From positions 6,572,001 through 6,636,000 of the forward strand of contig NC_043010.1 of NCBI RefSeq assembly GCF_006345805.1: a stretch of 64,000 nt of DNA. The letters are read 5' to 3'. Within the stretch, counting starts at the first letter, position 1. Every line of letters starts with the position of its first letter. This DNA is from Octopus sinensis (lineage: Eukaryota). This document shows, in pieces, positions 1 through 12,708 of this stretch. The notes under the pieces are model-generated. The model made no database searches, had not been told where the DNA came from, and was given only the letters and a program-made list of their open reading frames with translations. The position numbers were made by a program, and so were the translations under genes.

Positions 1-110
1 TATGCATGTATGTATGCATGTATGTATGTATGTATGCATGCATGCATGCATGCATGTATGCTTGTATGTATGTATATATATATGTATACATGTATGTATG
101 TATGTATGTA
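1..110. repeat. (TATG/CATG)n tetranucleotide microsatellite
   Basis: Directly visible tandem tatg/tgca units. Confidence 0.95.
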
Positions 111-1034
111 TTAGTCTTAATTTCAAAATCTTCTCAAGTAGTTTCCATAGTATTTATTGGAGGCACATAGGTACATTGTAATGTGATTGCAAGATGTTAG
201 AGGTAGATAGATTTATTTGTTTATTTGTTCATCAAATCACTTAGACTTTTAATAAACCAAAGATAGAATATATGCATCTTTTTTTTTTTTTTTTTTTACA
301 GCGACATATTTTTTTAAAGATTTCATTAGTTTGTACATTCATTTTAAAAAGAAAAACAACACTGCTTACAAGGTGTGTATATTATTACTATCTGCTGTAT
401 TAGTACTATCCTACAGCTTCTCTGAAGCAAGTGATAGTATTTAGATATTTTCCAGAATAGCTTAAATTATATATTTCTTAATTAATTGCTGCTTTGCTTT
501 ACAGTACTTCAGAAATTAAATTTTTTTTTTTTTTTTCTTTTTTAAATTTTCCTTTCAACATTTCTTCATATGAGAAATTCAAAGATTTTCACCAGCCTTT
601 ACAGTTCATTAATGATTAATCTGAAAAGATATTTTAAAAAATAATTTATATACAGTAACCCGAAAGAAAAAAAAAAAAAATGCAAGTAAAAAAAAGCGAC
701 ACAAACAGAACGAAGGGAAATCAACAGTAAAGTAACAATATTATTAATAGTTCGTTTTATCTTTTTAAACAGTTTCTGTCATTATTCAATTGGAAAAAAA
801 ATGAATAAAATATGTTCATTAAAATTGCCATTTTTTTTTTTCCTTCCTGGATTAATTTTCAAAAGAATCAATAATAAAGAAATTTTATTTTCATTTTACT
901 TCAACGCTGTCAGTTCTGAGATTCTTTTGAGTTCAATTTAAATGTTTGAAAAGTAGTAATTTTTATAAAATTGGAACAGAAATTCCTAAGCTTAATAATA
1001 CATGTCGTAAAGAAATGTATGAGTCTGAAATAAT

Positions 1035-1923
1035 TGCTATGTATCATAAACCATAACCATCAACTGTTTAAAATAATTACGGTGTATCATAAGCCATAAC
1101 CGTCGTCATTTTAAAATAATTACTGTGTATCACAAACCATAACCATCATTAGTTTAAAATAATTACTCTGTATCAGAAGCCATAACCACCATCAGTTTAA
1201 AATAGTTACTCCGCATCATGAACCATAACCGTATTCATTTTAATATAATCACTTTGTATCACAAGCCATAGCCATCATCAGTTTAAAATGACTCCTCTGA
1301 ATCACAAACCATAACCACCATTAGTTTAACAATGTTTACTTTGTATCAGAAGCCATAACAATCATCAGTTTATCAGAAGCCATAACCATCATCAGTTTAA
1401 AATAACTACTTAGTATCACAAGCCATAAATATCATCATTTTAACATGATTTCTTTGTATCACAAGCCCTGGCAGAAACGTTAGCGCGCAGGGCGAAATAC
1501 ATAGCAGTATTTCGTCTGCCGTTACGTTCTTAGTTCAAATTCTGCCGATGTCAACTTTGCCTCTCATCCTATCAGGGTTGATAAATAAAGAACCAGTTAC
1601 GCACTGGGGTCGATGTAATCGACTTTGTCCCTTTGTCTGTCCTTGTTTGTCCCCTCTATGTTTAGCCCCTTGTGGTTAGTAAAGAAATAGGTATTTTGTC
1701 TGCCGCTACGTTCTGAGTTCAAATTCCGCCTAGGTCAACTTTGCCTCTCATCCTATCAGGGTCGATAAATAAAGAACCAGTTACGCACTGGGGTCGATGT
1801 AATCGACTTTGTCCCTTTGTCTGTCCTTGTTTGTCCCCTCTATGTTCAGCCCCTTGTGGGCAATGAAGAAATATATCATCAGTTTAAAATAATTGCTGTG
1901 TGTCATAAACCATAGCCATCATC
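1035..1923. repeat. 43-bp minisatellite (about 10 diverged units at 1035-1467, resuming at 1874-1923), interrupted by a SINE
   Basis: Unit resembles gtatcacaagccataaccatcatcagtttaaaataattact(c/t)t; period about 43 bp; the array resumes after the SINE at 1468-1873. Confidence 0.9.
1468..1873 (+). mobile_element. tRNA-derived SINE family B, dimeric (184-bp body duplicated)
   Basis: Head ctggcagaaacgttagc...gagttcaaattc (A/B-box-like), body gtcaactttgcct..catcc...gataaa..accagttacgcactggggtcgatg, tail gggcaatgaagaaata; more than 10 related copies in the window. Confidence 0.85.
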
Positions 1924-2442
1924 TTTGCATGTGCGTGTGCACGTGAACTGCATATATTTCTGCATGTCTTTGCATTGACATATGCAAACTCTTCCTGTTG
2001 ATGATTTGACATGTGATGCCCATTGGAATAAAATATATTACTTGAAACCAAGTACAGGTTTCCATCAAGAAACACATAGCAAATATTGCCTCATGATAAC
2101 TCCTCTAACCCATGACAGCATGGAAACAGTAGACATAAAACTGATAGCGATAACAACAACAAAAACAGCAGTTGGCAATGGAGATGAAGATGACGATGAT
2201 GATGATGGCCTCAAGTTTGAGAAGATTGTGATTCAACTGATTCTTATTACACTGTCAAGGAAGTGAACAGCGATTCTTATTGCTTTTATTTAACCACAGG
2301 CCAACCTTGGCTAAAAATATTCAATCTATGACTATCCTGTTTTTTAAGACAACTCTGATGAAAAACATACCAGCTGTGACTACTCTGTCTTCCTCAGAGA
2401 GATAGTGCATCTAGGATAATATTATAAATTCTGTTAAATTAT

Positions 2443-2723
2443 TATTCTCTTGTGTCTGGGGAGAGTGATTCACTTTTAGTGCCTTATTATTTAATACACT
2501 CACCGGTAAAATTTCCACTTATTTCTTATTTTTATCTTCTAAAATTTTTGTTGCGTCTTGCAACCTTTTCAATAGTCTTGAGAGTCAAGACTATTGAAGA
2601 GGTTGCAAGACGCAACGAAAATTTTTGGAAAACATAAATAAGAAATAAGTGGAAATTTTACCGGTGAGTGTGTTACATTATAAGGCACAAAAAGAAAATG
2701 ACTCCCCCAGACACAACAGAATA
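2443..2723. mobile_element. Foldback/MITE-like near-perfect palindrome (about 139-bp arms, 3-nt loop)
   Basis: tattctcttgtgtctgggg...caatagtcttga-gag-tcaagactattg...cccccagacacaacagaata; the arms are reverse complements with scattered mismatches. Confidence 0.85.
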
Positions 2724-3157
2724 TGCTTCAATACACGAACTCATATAAAGAATCTTGCAAACCAAATCCAAAAACGAAATACTATTCTCTTCTTTTATTA
2801 TAAGATTGTGTTGGATATGAGGGTGATTTGATTACTATTTCTAGTATGTCAACCAGCCACTTAGCAACTCTTTCCTGGGTCTTTGAAAATGGATTTATTC
2901 AAATATCTGTCACATTTATCTCTTTGATGTTTGCAGCAGGTTTCACAAACTCAAATTCTTAAGAACACTGACAGTTCATTAAAATCCTTTTAATTAGTTT
3001 TACTCAATTTTGTTTGTAGATTGGATTCTCTTAAATTAATTATGAAACATTTATCTAAGCACAATAGTTTCTAATCTTTGACAACACAGAAATGGTGAAG
3101 ATTATATTTGATAATAACTTGTCCTTGTAATTTTGTAAGATCTGAAAGTCTTCAAGT

Positions 3158-3222
3158 GTATGCATATTCATGTATATATGTATGTATATGTAAATGTGAG
3201 TGTGTTTATGTATGTATATTAA

Positions 3223-3253
<31 letters not shown>

Positions 3254-3458
3254 GTATGTGTGTGTGTTGTCTAAACATACACACACATACATACATCTCT
3301 ATACATATATATATATATATTATATATATACACACGCACACATGTTTACATATATATGCATATGTGATATAAATGTGTGTATGTGTATATATATATATAT
3401 ATATATATACACACGCACACATGTTTACATATATATGCATATGTGATATAAATGTGTG

Positions 3459-3531
<73 letters not shown>

Positions 3532-3691
3532 CTTATATATATTTAAGTAAATATATATATATATAATATATATTATATATATATATACACTTATATATAT
3601 TTAAGTATATATATATACATACATATATATTATATATATACCTGCATACATATATACATACATACTTATATATATACATATATATATATAT

Positions 3692-3733
<42 letters not shown>

Positions 3734-3734
3734 T

Positions 3735-3785
<51 letters not shown>

Positions 3786-3807
3786 TTTTAGTATATACAT
3801 ACATACA

Positions 3808-3859
<52 letters not shown>
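3158..3859. repeat. Compound (TA)n/(TG)n/(CA)n microsatellite field
   Basis: Directly visible; includes an internal duplication of acacgcacacatgtttacatatatatgcatatgtgatataaatgtgtg. Confidence 0.95.
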
Positions 3860-3860
<1 letters not shown>

Positions 3861-4423
3861 AAACGTTTTTCCTGATCCTGCTAGGTGGTATCAATAACCA
3901 ATTGTTTGAACTCTCAATGCTTATGCTTCACAGTATTTGTATGTTCCAGTGGTGAGGAGGTGAGAATTGTCTGATATTCTCCATTCCGGATTCTTATATG
4001 AACCGGTAAATCTGCACACTGCATAATATTAATTACTAAATGAACAATGTCTTACAACTGTTTCAACAATAATGAAACATGCACCAAATTTGAGTTCAGT
4101 GCAATGTCTTATAGCTTCTTCAGAGCCATTTCTATAAGCTAATGAAGGTTGGTACATAACTCCAAATTTATTTGTCATGCATTTACTTATACATCCATCC
4201 ATCCATCCATCCATCCATACATACATACATACATACATACGTACATACATAATGTAATCCTTGTATTGTCCTTTTTCGTGCCCTGCTGATTTTCCACCCA
4301 AGGCATTTTGAAATGCAAGATTGTATATTTATATATGTTTTGTAGTTTAAATTGGATGCGAGATGAAACAATTGTAGGTGAAGATGTTAATTAATTAATT
4401 AATTAATTCAGTCATTCATTAAT

Positions 4424-5195
4424 GAGGGGACCTGTGGAAGAGGTAGACCCAGGAAAACCTGGGTCGAGGCGGTGAAGCACGACCTTCGAACTTTAGGTCT
4501 CACCAAGGAAATGACCAGTGACCGAGACCTTTGGAAGTATGCTGTGTGTGAGAAAACCCGGCAAGACCAGTGAGAACAGTCAAAATCAAAATCAAACCAA
4601 ATTGAGGTCGATCAACATCGGGGCCCCCGTGCAGGTGACACGTAAAAGCACCATCCGTTCGTAGCCGTTTGCCAGCCCTGTCTGGCCCCCGTGTCGGTGG
4701 CACGTAAAAGCACCATCCGTTTGTGTTCGTTGCCAGCCTGGCCTGGCCCCCGTGCCGGTGACACGTAAAAGCACCATCCGTTTGTGGCCGTTTGCCAGCT
4801 CTGTCTGGCCCCCGTGCCGGTGACACGTAAAAGCACCATCCGTTCGTGGCCGTTTGCCAGCTCTGTCTGGCCCCCGTGCCGGTGACACGTAAAAGCACCA
4901 TCCGTTCGTCACCGTTTGCCAGCCTCGCCTGGCCCCCGTGCCGGTGACACGTAAAAGCACCATCCGTTTCGTGGCCGTTTGCCAGCTCTGTCTGGCACCT
5001 GTGCGGGTGGCACGTAAAAAGCACCCACTACACTCACGGAGTGGTTGGCATTAGGAAGGGCATCCAGCCGTAGAAACACTGCCAGATCTGACTGGGCCTG
5101 ATGAAGCCTTCCAGCTTCACAGACCCCAGTTGAACCGTCCAACCCATGCTAGCATGGAGAACGGACGCTAAATGATGATGATGATGATGATGATG
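4424..5195 (+). mobile_element. 5'-truncated RTE-clade LINE: ORF C-terminus, 3'UTR with about 62-bp tandem array, (GAT)n tail
   Basis: 4424-4573 translates EGTCGRGRPRKTWVEAVKHDLRTLGLTKEMTSDRDLWKYAVCEKTRQDQ* (RTE-type GRGRP.KTW...DR..W C-terminus); seven 61-63-bp units at 4622-5020; ends acccatgctagcatggagaacggacgctaaa(tga)n. Confidence 0.8.
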
Positions 5196-5224
5196 AATCT
5201 CTCTGTTTTCAAACTTAATAATAC

Positions 5225-5400
5225 TCTTTTACTCTTTTACTTGTTTCAGTCATTTGACTGCGGCCATGCTGGAGCACTGTCTTTTTAGTCGAGCAAATCG
5301 ACCCCAGGACTTATTCTTTGTAAGCCTAGTATTTAGTCTATCAGTCTCTTTTGCCACACCGCTAAGTTACGGGGATGTAAACACACCACCATCAGTTGTC
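5225..5400 (-). mobile_element. SINE family A, 3' half
   Basis: Reverse complement of ...gtgctccagcatggccgcagtcaaatgactgaaacaagtaaaagagtaaaaagag tail. Confidence 0.8.
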
Positions 5401-6069
5401 ACAGACATACAAATATATACACACACATACATATATATATTCAGTCTATCTATCTAATTCTTTAACTTTTTTTTTTGGATTACCCTATAAAAGGAAAAAG
5501 AAAATTGTTTACATAATTTTATGTTGAATTTTCTTTAAAGCTTTCCCACTTTAAGAGAAGAACATTCTAAGGGAGGCAACTCAAGAATATAGCCATTTCT
5601 TTAAAAATTCCAGGTTTTACTTTTAAAGCTATTTCGTTTTTTTTACTCCTGAATGATCTGATATTTTTGTTACATTTAAGAATTTTAATTTTATCTAATT
5701 AATAATATTTAATACTTCAAACCGCATAAAACAGGAAATAAAAGTACTGAACTTATTATATTTGACAAAGTGACATTTATAATTTAAAATACAGATATTA
5801 AATTTGAACTATCATTTTAAAGCACGCTTAAGAATCTTAGAACATTCTCTGATGGAGGGACTCAGTAGTGACACTAAATTCAGATCAATTTTTAAATCAG
5901 CCGATGGCTAATATTTTAAAATTTTGCTTGATAGCTTACTCGACCAAACTTGTTGAATAAGCTATCAGACTTAAATAAACTACAAGCGCCAGTCAACATG
6001 AATTTTACAATTAATTTGCAATAAAAGATATGTGAAGTATTTGATTTTTGTCTCATTTCTTCTTCTTGG

Positions 6070-6083
6070 TCACCACCACCACC

Positions 6084-6115
<32 letters not shown>

Positions 6116-6368
6116 TGACATCTTCATCCTCATCATCATCATCACCACCACCATCACCACTACCACCACCACTACTACCACCACCACCACCATCATCATC
6201 ATTATCATCATCATCATCACCATCGTCATCATCATCATCATCATCATCATCATTGACATCTTCATCCTCATCATCATTGACATCTTCATCCTCATCATCA
6301 TTATCATCATCATCAACATCATCATCAACATCATCACCATCACCATCACCATCACCATCACCACCACC

Positions 6369-6400
<32 letters not shown>

Positions 6401-6508
6401 TGACATCTTCATCCTCATCATCATTGACATCTTCATCCTCATCATCATTATCATCATCATCAACATCATCATCAACATCATCACCATCACCATCACCATC
6501 ACCACCGC

Positions 6509-6540
<32 letters not shown>

Positions 6541-6579
6541 CCATCACCATCACCATCACTACCGCCATCATCATCAGCC

Positions 6580-6612
<33 letters not shown>

Positions 6613-6680
6613 CCATCACCATCACCACCACTATCATCATCATCATCATCATTGACACCATCACTGTCATCATTATCATT
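6070..6680. repeat. (CAT/CAC)n trinucleotide tract with higher-order internal duplications
   Basis: Direct observation; the poly-D/G, poly-S and poly-I ORFs here are by-products. Confidence 0.95.
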
Positions 6681-7029
6681 TAACATCGTTTTTGATTTTG
6701 AAGTTGGTACTTATTCTATTGGTTGCTTTTGCTGAACCACAAATTTACAAGGACATAAAGAAACCAACAATGGTTGGCAAGTGGCGGGGAGTGGGAGTAG
6801 TTAACACAAACACAAAGAGACACACACACACACAAACACACACACGCACACACACTCATGCGTACACACATACACACACAGATGGGCTTCTACACAGTTC
6901 AGTTTTTCTCCAACAAATTCACTCACTCGGCATTGGTTAACTCAGGGCTTCAGCAAAAGACACTTGCCCGAGATGCAATGCAGGGGGATTGAACCTGAAA
7001 CCATGTGGTTGCAAACTGAGCACACCTAT

Positions 7030-7250
7030 ACCTGCACCTATGCAATGCCTTACTGGCACCCGCGCTGGTGGCATGTGTAAAGGATTCGAGCGAGGTCATT
7101 GCCGGTGCCGCCTGACTGGCCCCATGCTGGTGGCATGTAAAAGCACCCACCACACTCTTGGAGTGGTTTGCATTAGGAAGGGCATCCAGCTGTAGAAACT
7201 CTGCCAGATCAAGACTGAAGCCTGGTGCGGCCATCTGATACTTGCCTGTG
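7030..7250 (+). mobile_element. RTE-3'UTR-related repeat fragment embedded in a SINE A-like remnant
   Basis: gtaaaagcacccaccacactcttggagtggtttgcattaggaagggcatccagctgtagaaac matches 5015-5080. Confidence 0.7.
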
Positions 7251-7329
7251 GTGTCAACAATGAGACAGAACCTGAAACCATGTGGTTGTAAAATGGACAT
7301 CTTAGCCATACAACTATATTATTTTGATA

Positions 7330-7726
7330 TCTTTATATATAAAAGTGAGATTGTGTGCTGTCTGTCTCCAACGATTTAGATTCCTAACTACTCCCACATT
7401 TTGCGGTGTAGTTTAACTAAAACCGGGTATCTTATAGTCGTGATTCATATCGAGCCCTTCTGGGTATTAGCGCGCGTCTACGATGAGTCTACGATTTAAA
7501 AAAAAATTTACCATCAATTTTTCCCATTTTTAATGCATTTTTGGCATATGTAAGGGAAGTAACTCTCTAAAAATTTATTATTAAATCTCAGAACGTAAAA
7601 AGCTACAGTAACAACCCCACCTTTGTGGTTAGCCATATTGAGATGGCTATTATACTTTACATTTCTAAAAACGCTTATGTAGTTATTTTCCTTACAAACC
7701 CGAGCAGCGCCGGGCGATACTGCTAG
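7330..7726 (+). mobile_element. Non-autonomous Helitron-like element
   Basis: Starts A|TC (tctttatatataaaag), ends CTAG|T at 7723-7727, GC-rich hairpin cccgagcagcgccggg at 7699-7714 just upstream of the 3' end; no TSD. Confidence 0.75.
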
Positions 7727-8200
7727 TAATTACTAAAAATAATGACTTCGAAAACAACAGCGAAATAAGTCAAAAGATTAAAAATTAGATGAATATATTA
7801 TAAAGTGCTTTGTGATGTTAATCTTCTTGTGAGTAGGTTATCTGGTGTAATCATTCCATTCAACATCATCATCATTTAACATCTATTTTTCCATGCTTAC
7901 ATGGGTCAGATGGAATTCGTCGAAGCAAGATTTTCTTCAGATGGATGCCCCTCCTGTTGCTAACACTCACCTGTTTCCATGCAAGGTAACGTTTTCTCAT
8001 GAACTGATATAGTTTTCACAGAAGATTGGAAATGAACAATCTTATGTGTAGGACAACAATGACACTCATTTGCAACAGTCAGGTGATGTTTAGATAAGAG
8101 CACACATATACACACACACACACATACTTGCACATGCACACACACACAAACACACACACACACACAAGTATGCACATGCACATACAATGGGCTTCTTTTA

Positions 8201-8804
8201 ATTTCTTATTTCTTTATTGCTCACAAGGGGCTAAACATAGAGGGGACAAACAAAGACAGACAATGGGATTAAGTCGATTTCATTGACCCCAGTGCGTAAC
8301 TGGTACTTAATTTATCGACCCCGAAAGGGATGAAAGGCAAAGTCGACCTTGGCAGAATTTGAACTCACAACGTAAGGGCAGACGAAATACCTATTTCTTT
8401 ACTACCCACAAGGGGCTAAACATAGAGGGGACAAACAAAGACAGACAATGGGATTAAGTCGATTTCATTGACCCCAGTGCGTAACTGGTACTTAATTTAT
8501 CGACCCCGAAAGGGATGAAAGGCAAAGTCGACCTTGGCAGAATTTGAACTCACAACGTAAGGGCAGACGAAATACCTATTTCTTTACTACCCACAAGGGA
8601 CTAAACATAGAGGGGACAAACAAAGACAGACAATGGGATTAAGTCGATTTCATTGACCCCAGTGCGTAACTGGTACTTAATTTATCGACCCCGAAAGGGA
8701 TGAAAGGCAAAGTCGACCTTGGCAGAATTTGAACTCACAACGTAACGGCTGATGAAATACTGCTAAGCATTTCGCCCAGCATGCTAACAACTCTGCCAGC
8801 TCAC
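8201..8804 (-). mobile_element. SINE family B, trimeric (185-bp units), nested inside a minus-strand SINE A remnant
   Basis: Three near-identical units; flanking direct repeat cttctttta at 8192-8200 and 8807-8815; the SINE A sequence resumes at 8807-8955. Confidence 0.85.
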
Positions 8805-9417
8805 TACTTCTTTTATTTCTACCTACCAAATCCGTTCATAAGGCTTTGGTCAACCTGAGGCTGTAGTGGAAGACATTCACACAAGCTGCCAGACATGGGA
8901 CTGAACCCATGACAACATGGTTGGGAAGCAAGTTCTTGACTACTCAGCCATGCCTTTCCCTACTTGTAGATAAGCTTATTTCCAAAAGATCCTAGTGCTT
9001 GTTTTTAGCCTTCAGCAAAGTTTCATTTGATTTGTTACAGATAATTTTTCTCTTGGTTTATTAAACTGATAATATGTATATCAGTAAAGCAGGTATTATT
9101 ATTTAGGATAATCTCTTGCTAAATTAGGATTAAATCCTAATTAATTGTTCAATGATTAATCAACATAATCACTCTAATCCTTGCTTTAAATTAATTTGAA
9201 ACCTCTGCTGCTTTCTCTTTGTATTTTGTATAATTTATTGCAAGCTTCAGATTCATAAGCAATGAAAGAGAAAGGTGACAGTGTGATGATAAGATATTCA
9301 CGAATAATCTAAGTGAAATCAAAGCCATATGCTTAGAATTAGGAATCAAATATCCATGCAAAAACTCACCTTTCCAAGAAATATACTTCTATATGATACA
9401 CATCATCAAGCATTTAA

Positions 9418-9638
9418 CCCTTTAGTGTTTGCATTATTCTGTCAAAATTAATGCTTCTTCATCCACATTGTTTTGAACTAATCATGAATTATCTTGTAGC
9501 TATGAGATTTTGATGAGGTAGCTGTTAATTTTTAAAACAATATTGTAGGGTTGGTGTGAGAGACCAGATCTGGCCAGTTTGAACTTAAAACAGGCAGAAT
9601 ACTTTTGGCCGGATATGGCCGGTTTAAATGCTAAAGGG
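9418..9638. mobile_element. piggyBac-type MITE
   Basis: TTAA at 9414-9417 and 9639-9642 flanking TIRs ccctttagtgttt / aaatgctaaaggg. Confidence 0.8.
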
Positions 9639-10202
9639 TTAAAACCTATTTTCCCTGATAGGAGAGGAGTTAGCCTCACAAGCCCTATGTCAGTTGTTTT
9701 ACCATTTTATCCTACACTCTACATCTGCCTTCACTTAATCTTCTTGCCTTCTTTTCATCCTTCATCATCATTCACTGCCTTCTTGAGCTTTCTTCTTCTA
9801 TGTCTATCCACATTTAATTCAATCATTCCTATAACCAGTCCTTTTTCAGCACATGACCTAGCTATTTCATCCCATTTCTCTTCACAACATCCAACACTTT
9901 TCTACATAACGATCAGTTGATAATGCAGTTTTCTTATTCATTTATTGGGTGAGGATATAGTTGTTTGCATTAAAAACCTAAGTCATGACTAATGATTAAA
10001 CAAAAATATTGATTATAGAAGAATTCAAATTAGAATGCAGTGAAAGAAAAGTAAATATTGTCCTACTATTAGAACAGAATTCAGTAAATAAAGTAATAAA
10101 TGCTTCTAATTTAAACACAAGGTCTGAGATTTGAAGTGAGGGATGAGTGAATTAATAAACCTCAACTCTTGATTGGTAATTTTATTTTATCAATCCTAGA
10201 GA

Positions 10203-10367
10203 GGCACAGGAGTGGCTGTGTGGTAAGTAGCTTGCTTACCAACCACATGGTTCCGGGTTCAGTCTCACTGCGTGGCATCTTGAGCAAGTGTCTTCTGCTA
10301 TAGCCCCGGGCCGACCAATGCCTTGTGAGTGGATTTGGTAGATGGAAACTAAAAGAAGCCCATCGTA

Positions 10368-10407
<40 letters not shown>

Positions 10408-10636
10408 TGTGTGTGTTTGTGTATCTGTGTTTGTCCCCCTTGCATTGCTTGACAACCGATGCTGGTGTGTTTATGTCCCCGTTACTTAGCAGTTCGGCAA
10501 AAGAGACCGATAGAATAAGTACTGGGCTTACAAAAGAATAAGTCCCGGGGTCGAGTTGCTCGATTAAAGGCGGTGCTCCAGCATGGCCACAGTCAAATGA
10601 CTGAAACAAGTAAAAGAGTAAAAGAGAGTAAAAGAG
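10203..10636 (+). mobile_element. tRNA-derived SINE family A (CORE-like), full length, internal (TA)n/(TG)n
   Basis: tggctgtgtggtaag (A box), ggttccgggttcagtc (B-box-like), CORE-like cttg(a/g)gcaagtg, tail (aaagagta)n; many copies in the window. Confidence 0.88.
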
Positions 10637-10639
10637 ATG

Positions 10640-10950
10640 AAAGACAAAGCTGAACTCAATGGGGTTTGAACTCACAACATAAAAAGATGGAACAATACTG
10701 CAAGGCAACTTGTGTTGCTCCAGTCATTCTATCAATCAACTGCTTTCAAATTTTGACACAAGACCAGCAATTTCAGAAGAGTAGGTAAGTTGATTACCCT
10801 GACCCCAGTGCTCAACTGGTATTAATTTCATTGGTTCCAAAAGGATGAAAGGTGAAGTCGACCCCTGTGGAATTTGAGCCCAGAATGTAAAGACGGATGA
10901 AATGCCACTAAGAGTTTTGCCTGGCACACTAACGATTCTGCAACTGCCTT
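10640..10950 (-). mobile_element. Diverged SINE family B copies
   Basis: aaggatgaaaggtgaagtcgacccctgtggaatttgagcccagaatgtaaagac matches the family B reverse complement. Confidence 0.7.
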
Positions 10951-10953
10951 AAT

Positions 10954-11017
<64 letters not shown>

Positions 11018-11234
11018 TACAATAATTTATGACATAGAAAAGAAGTTCCAAACCAAGGAAGGGGTGTGTAGTAAACAGTTGATTATGTATGAATACTATT
11101 ATATAACTGGTATCTGGAAGGATGAACAGACAGAAATAAAAAATATATAAAAGAAACAGGCGAATTTTGTAAAACATTTTGTTTGGTACTTGACCGATTC
11201 ACGTACTCTTAAAAACAAGCTGGTCAGGACAACA

Positions 11235-11540
11235 ACTATGGTGATGATGATCATGATAATGATGCAGATGATGATGATGGTGGTGATGGTCATGGTGATC
11301 CTGATGATGACTGTGACGGCAATGATAACGATGACGATGATGATAGACAATGATGATGTTGGTAATGATGAACTGATGGTGATGACAACAATGATGATGA
11401 TGGCGATGGCGATGATGTTGATGATACCGATGGTGGTGGTGGTGGTGGTGGCAGCAGTGGCAGCAGCAGTGGCAGCAGCAGCAGCAACAGCCACGGTGGT
11501 GGTGGTGGTGGTGGTGGTGGTGGTGGTGGTTATGATGATC
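11235..11540. repeat. (GAT/GGT/GCA)n compound trinucleotide repeat
   Basis: Direct observation. Confidence 0.9.
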
Positions 11541-11701
11541 AAGATGTTATCTTTTCTTTTGGCATTGATTAAGTTTTATAAAACATAAAATACAGTCAAC
11601 AGAATCAGCTTCAGTCCATCTCTGGCAACTTCCCACAATATTTGAACTCAGGACTGAGAAGGATAAAACTAAATGTTGTGCATTATCTTCTTTATCTTAT
11701 A

Positions 11702-11765
<64 letters not shown>

Positions 11766-11884
11766 CACCATCATGATCATCATCTTACCACTCTTTTCCA
11801 TGCTGGGATGGCTTGTATGGGTCATAAAATTAAATGTAAGTTATCTTTTTTTATCCTATACCCACAAGTAGCACCCCCCCACCA

Positions 11885-12244
11885 TGCATGCATCATCATC
11901 AGCATCGTCGTCGTCGTCATCATCATCATCATCATCACCACCATCATCATCATCCTCATCATCATCATCATCACCACCATCATCATCATCCTCATCATCA
12001 TCATCATCATCCTCATCATCATCATCATCATCCTCATCATCATCATCATCACCACCATCATCATCATCATCACCACCATCATCATCATCCTCATCATCAT
12101 CATCATCATCCTCATCATCATCATCATCATCACCACCACCATCATCATCCTCATCATCATCATCATCATCATCATCACCATCATCATCATATTCATCATA
12201 TCATCATCATCATCACCACCACCATCATCATCATCATCATCACC

Positions 12245-12278
<34 letters not shown>

Positions 12279-12350
12279 TCATCATCTCATCATCATCATC
12301 ATCATCCTCATCATCATCATCATCACCACCATCATCATCATCATCACCAC

Positions 12351-12386
<36 letters not shown>

Positions 12387-12515
12387 CATCATCATCATCA
12401 TCATCACCACCACCATCATCATCCTCATCATCATCATCATCATCATCATCACCATCATCATCATATTCATCATCATCATCATCATCATCACCACCACATC
12501 ATCATCATCATCACC

Positions 12516-12592
<77 letters not shown>

Positions 12593-12608
12593 CATCATCG
12601 TCATCATC

Positions 12609-12640
<32 letters not shown>

Positions 12641-12654
12641 CATCATCATCGTCG

Positions 12655-12708
<54 letters not shown>

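Noticed and set aside
3880-4380. Protein-like segments on the minus strand (ILHFKMPWVENQ, YQPSLAYRNGSEEAIRHC)
   Set aside because: No consistent frame, splice structure or recognisable domain; may be a decayed retroelement but cannot be supported without a search.
4500-5024. Repetitive ORFs (DGAFTCHRHGGQ...)
   Set aside because: Antisense readings of the 62-bp RTE 3'UTR array; period not divisible by 3.
5916-6735. Long acidic, poly-Ser and poly-Ile ORFs
   Set aside because: Open in nearly all frames because of (CAT/CAC)n; no codon or domain signal.
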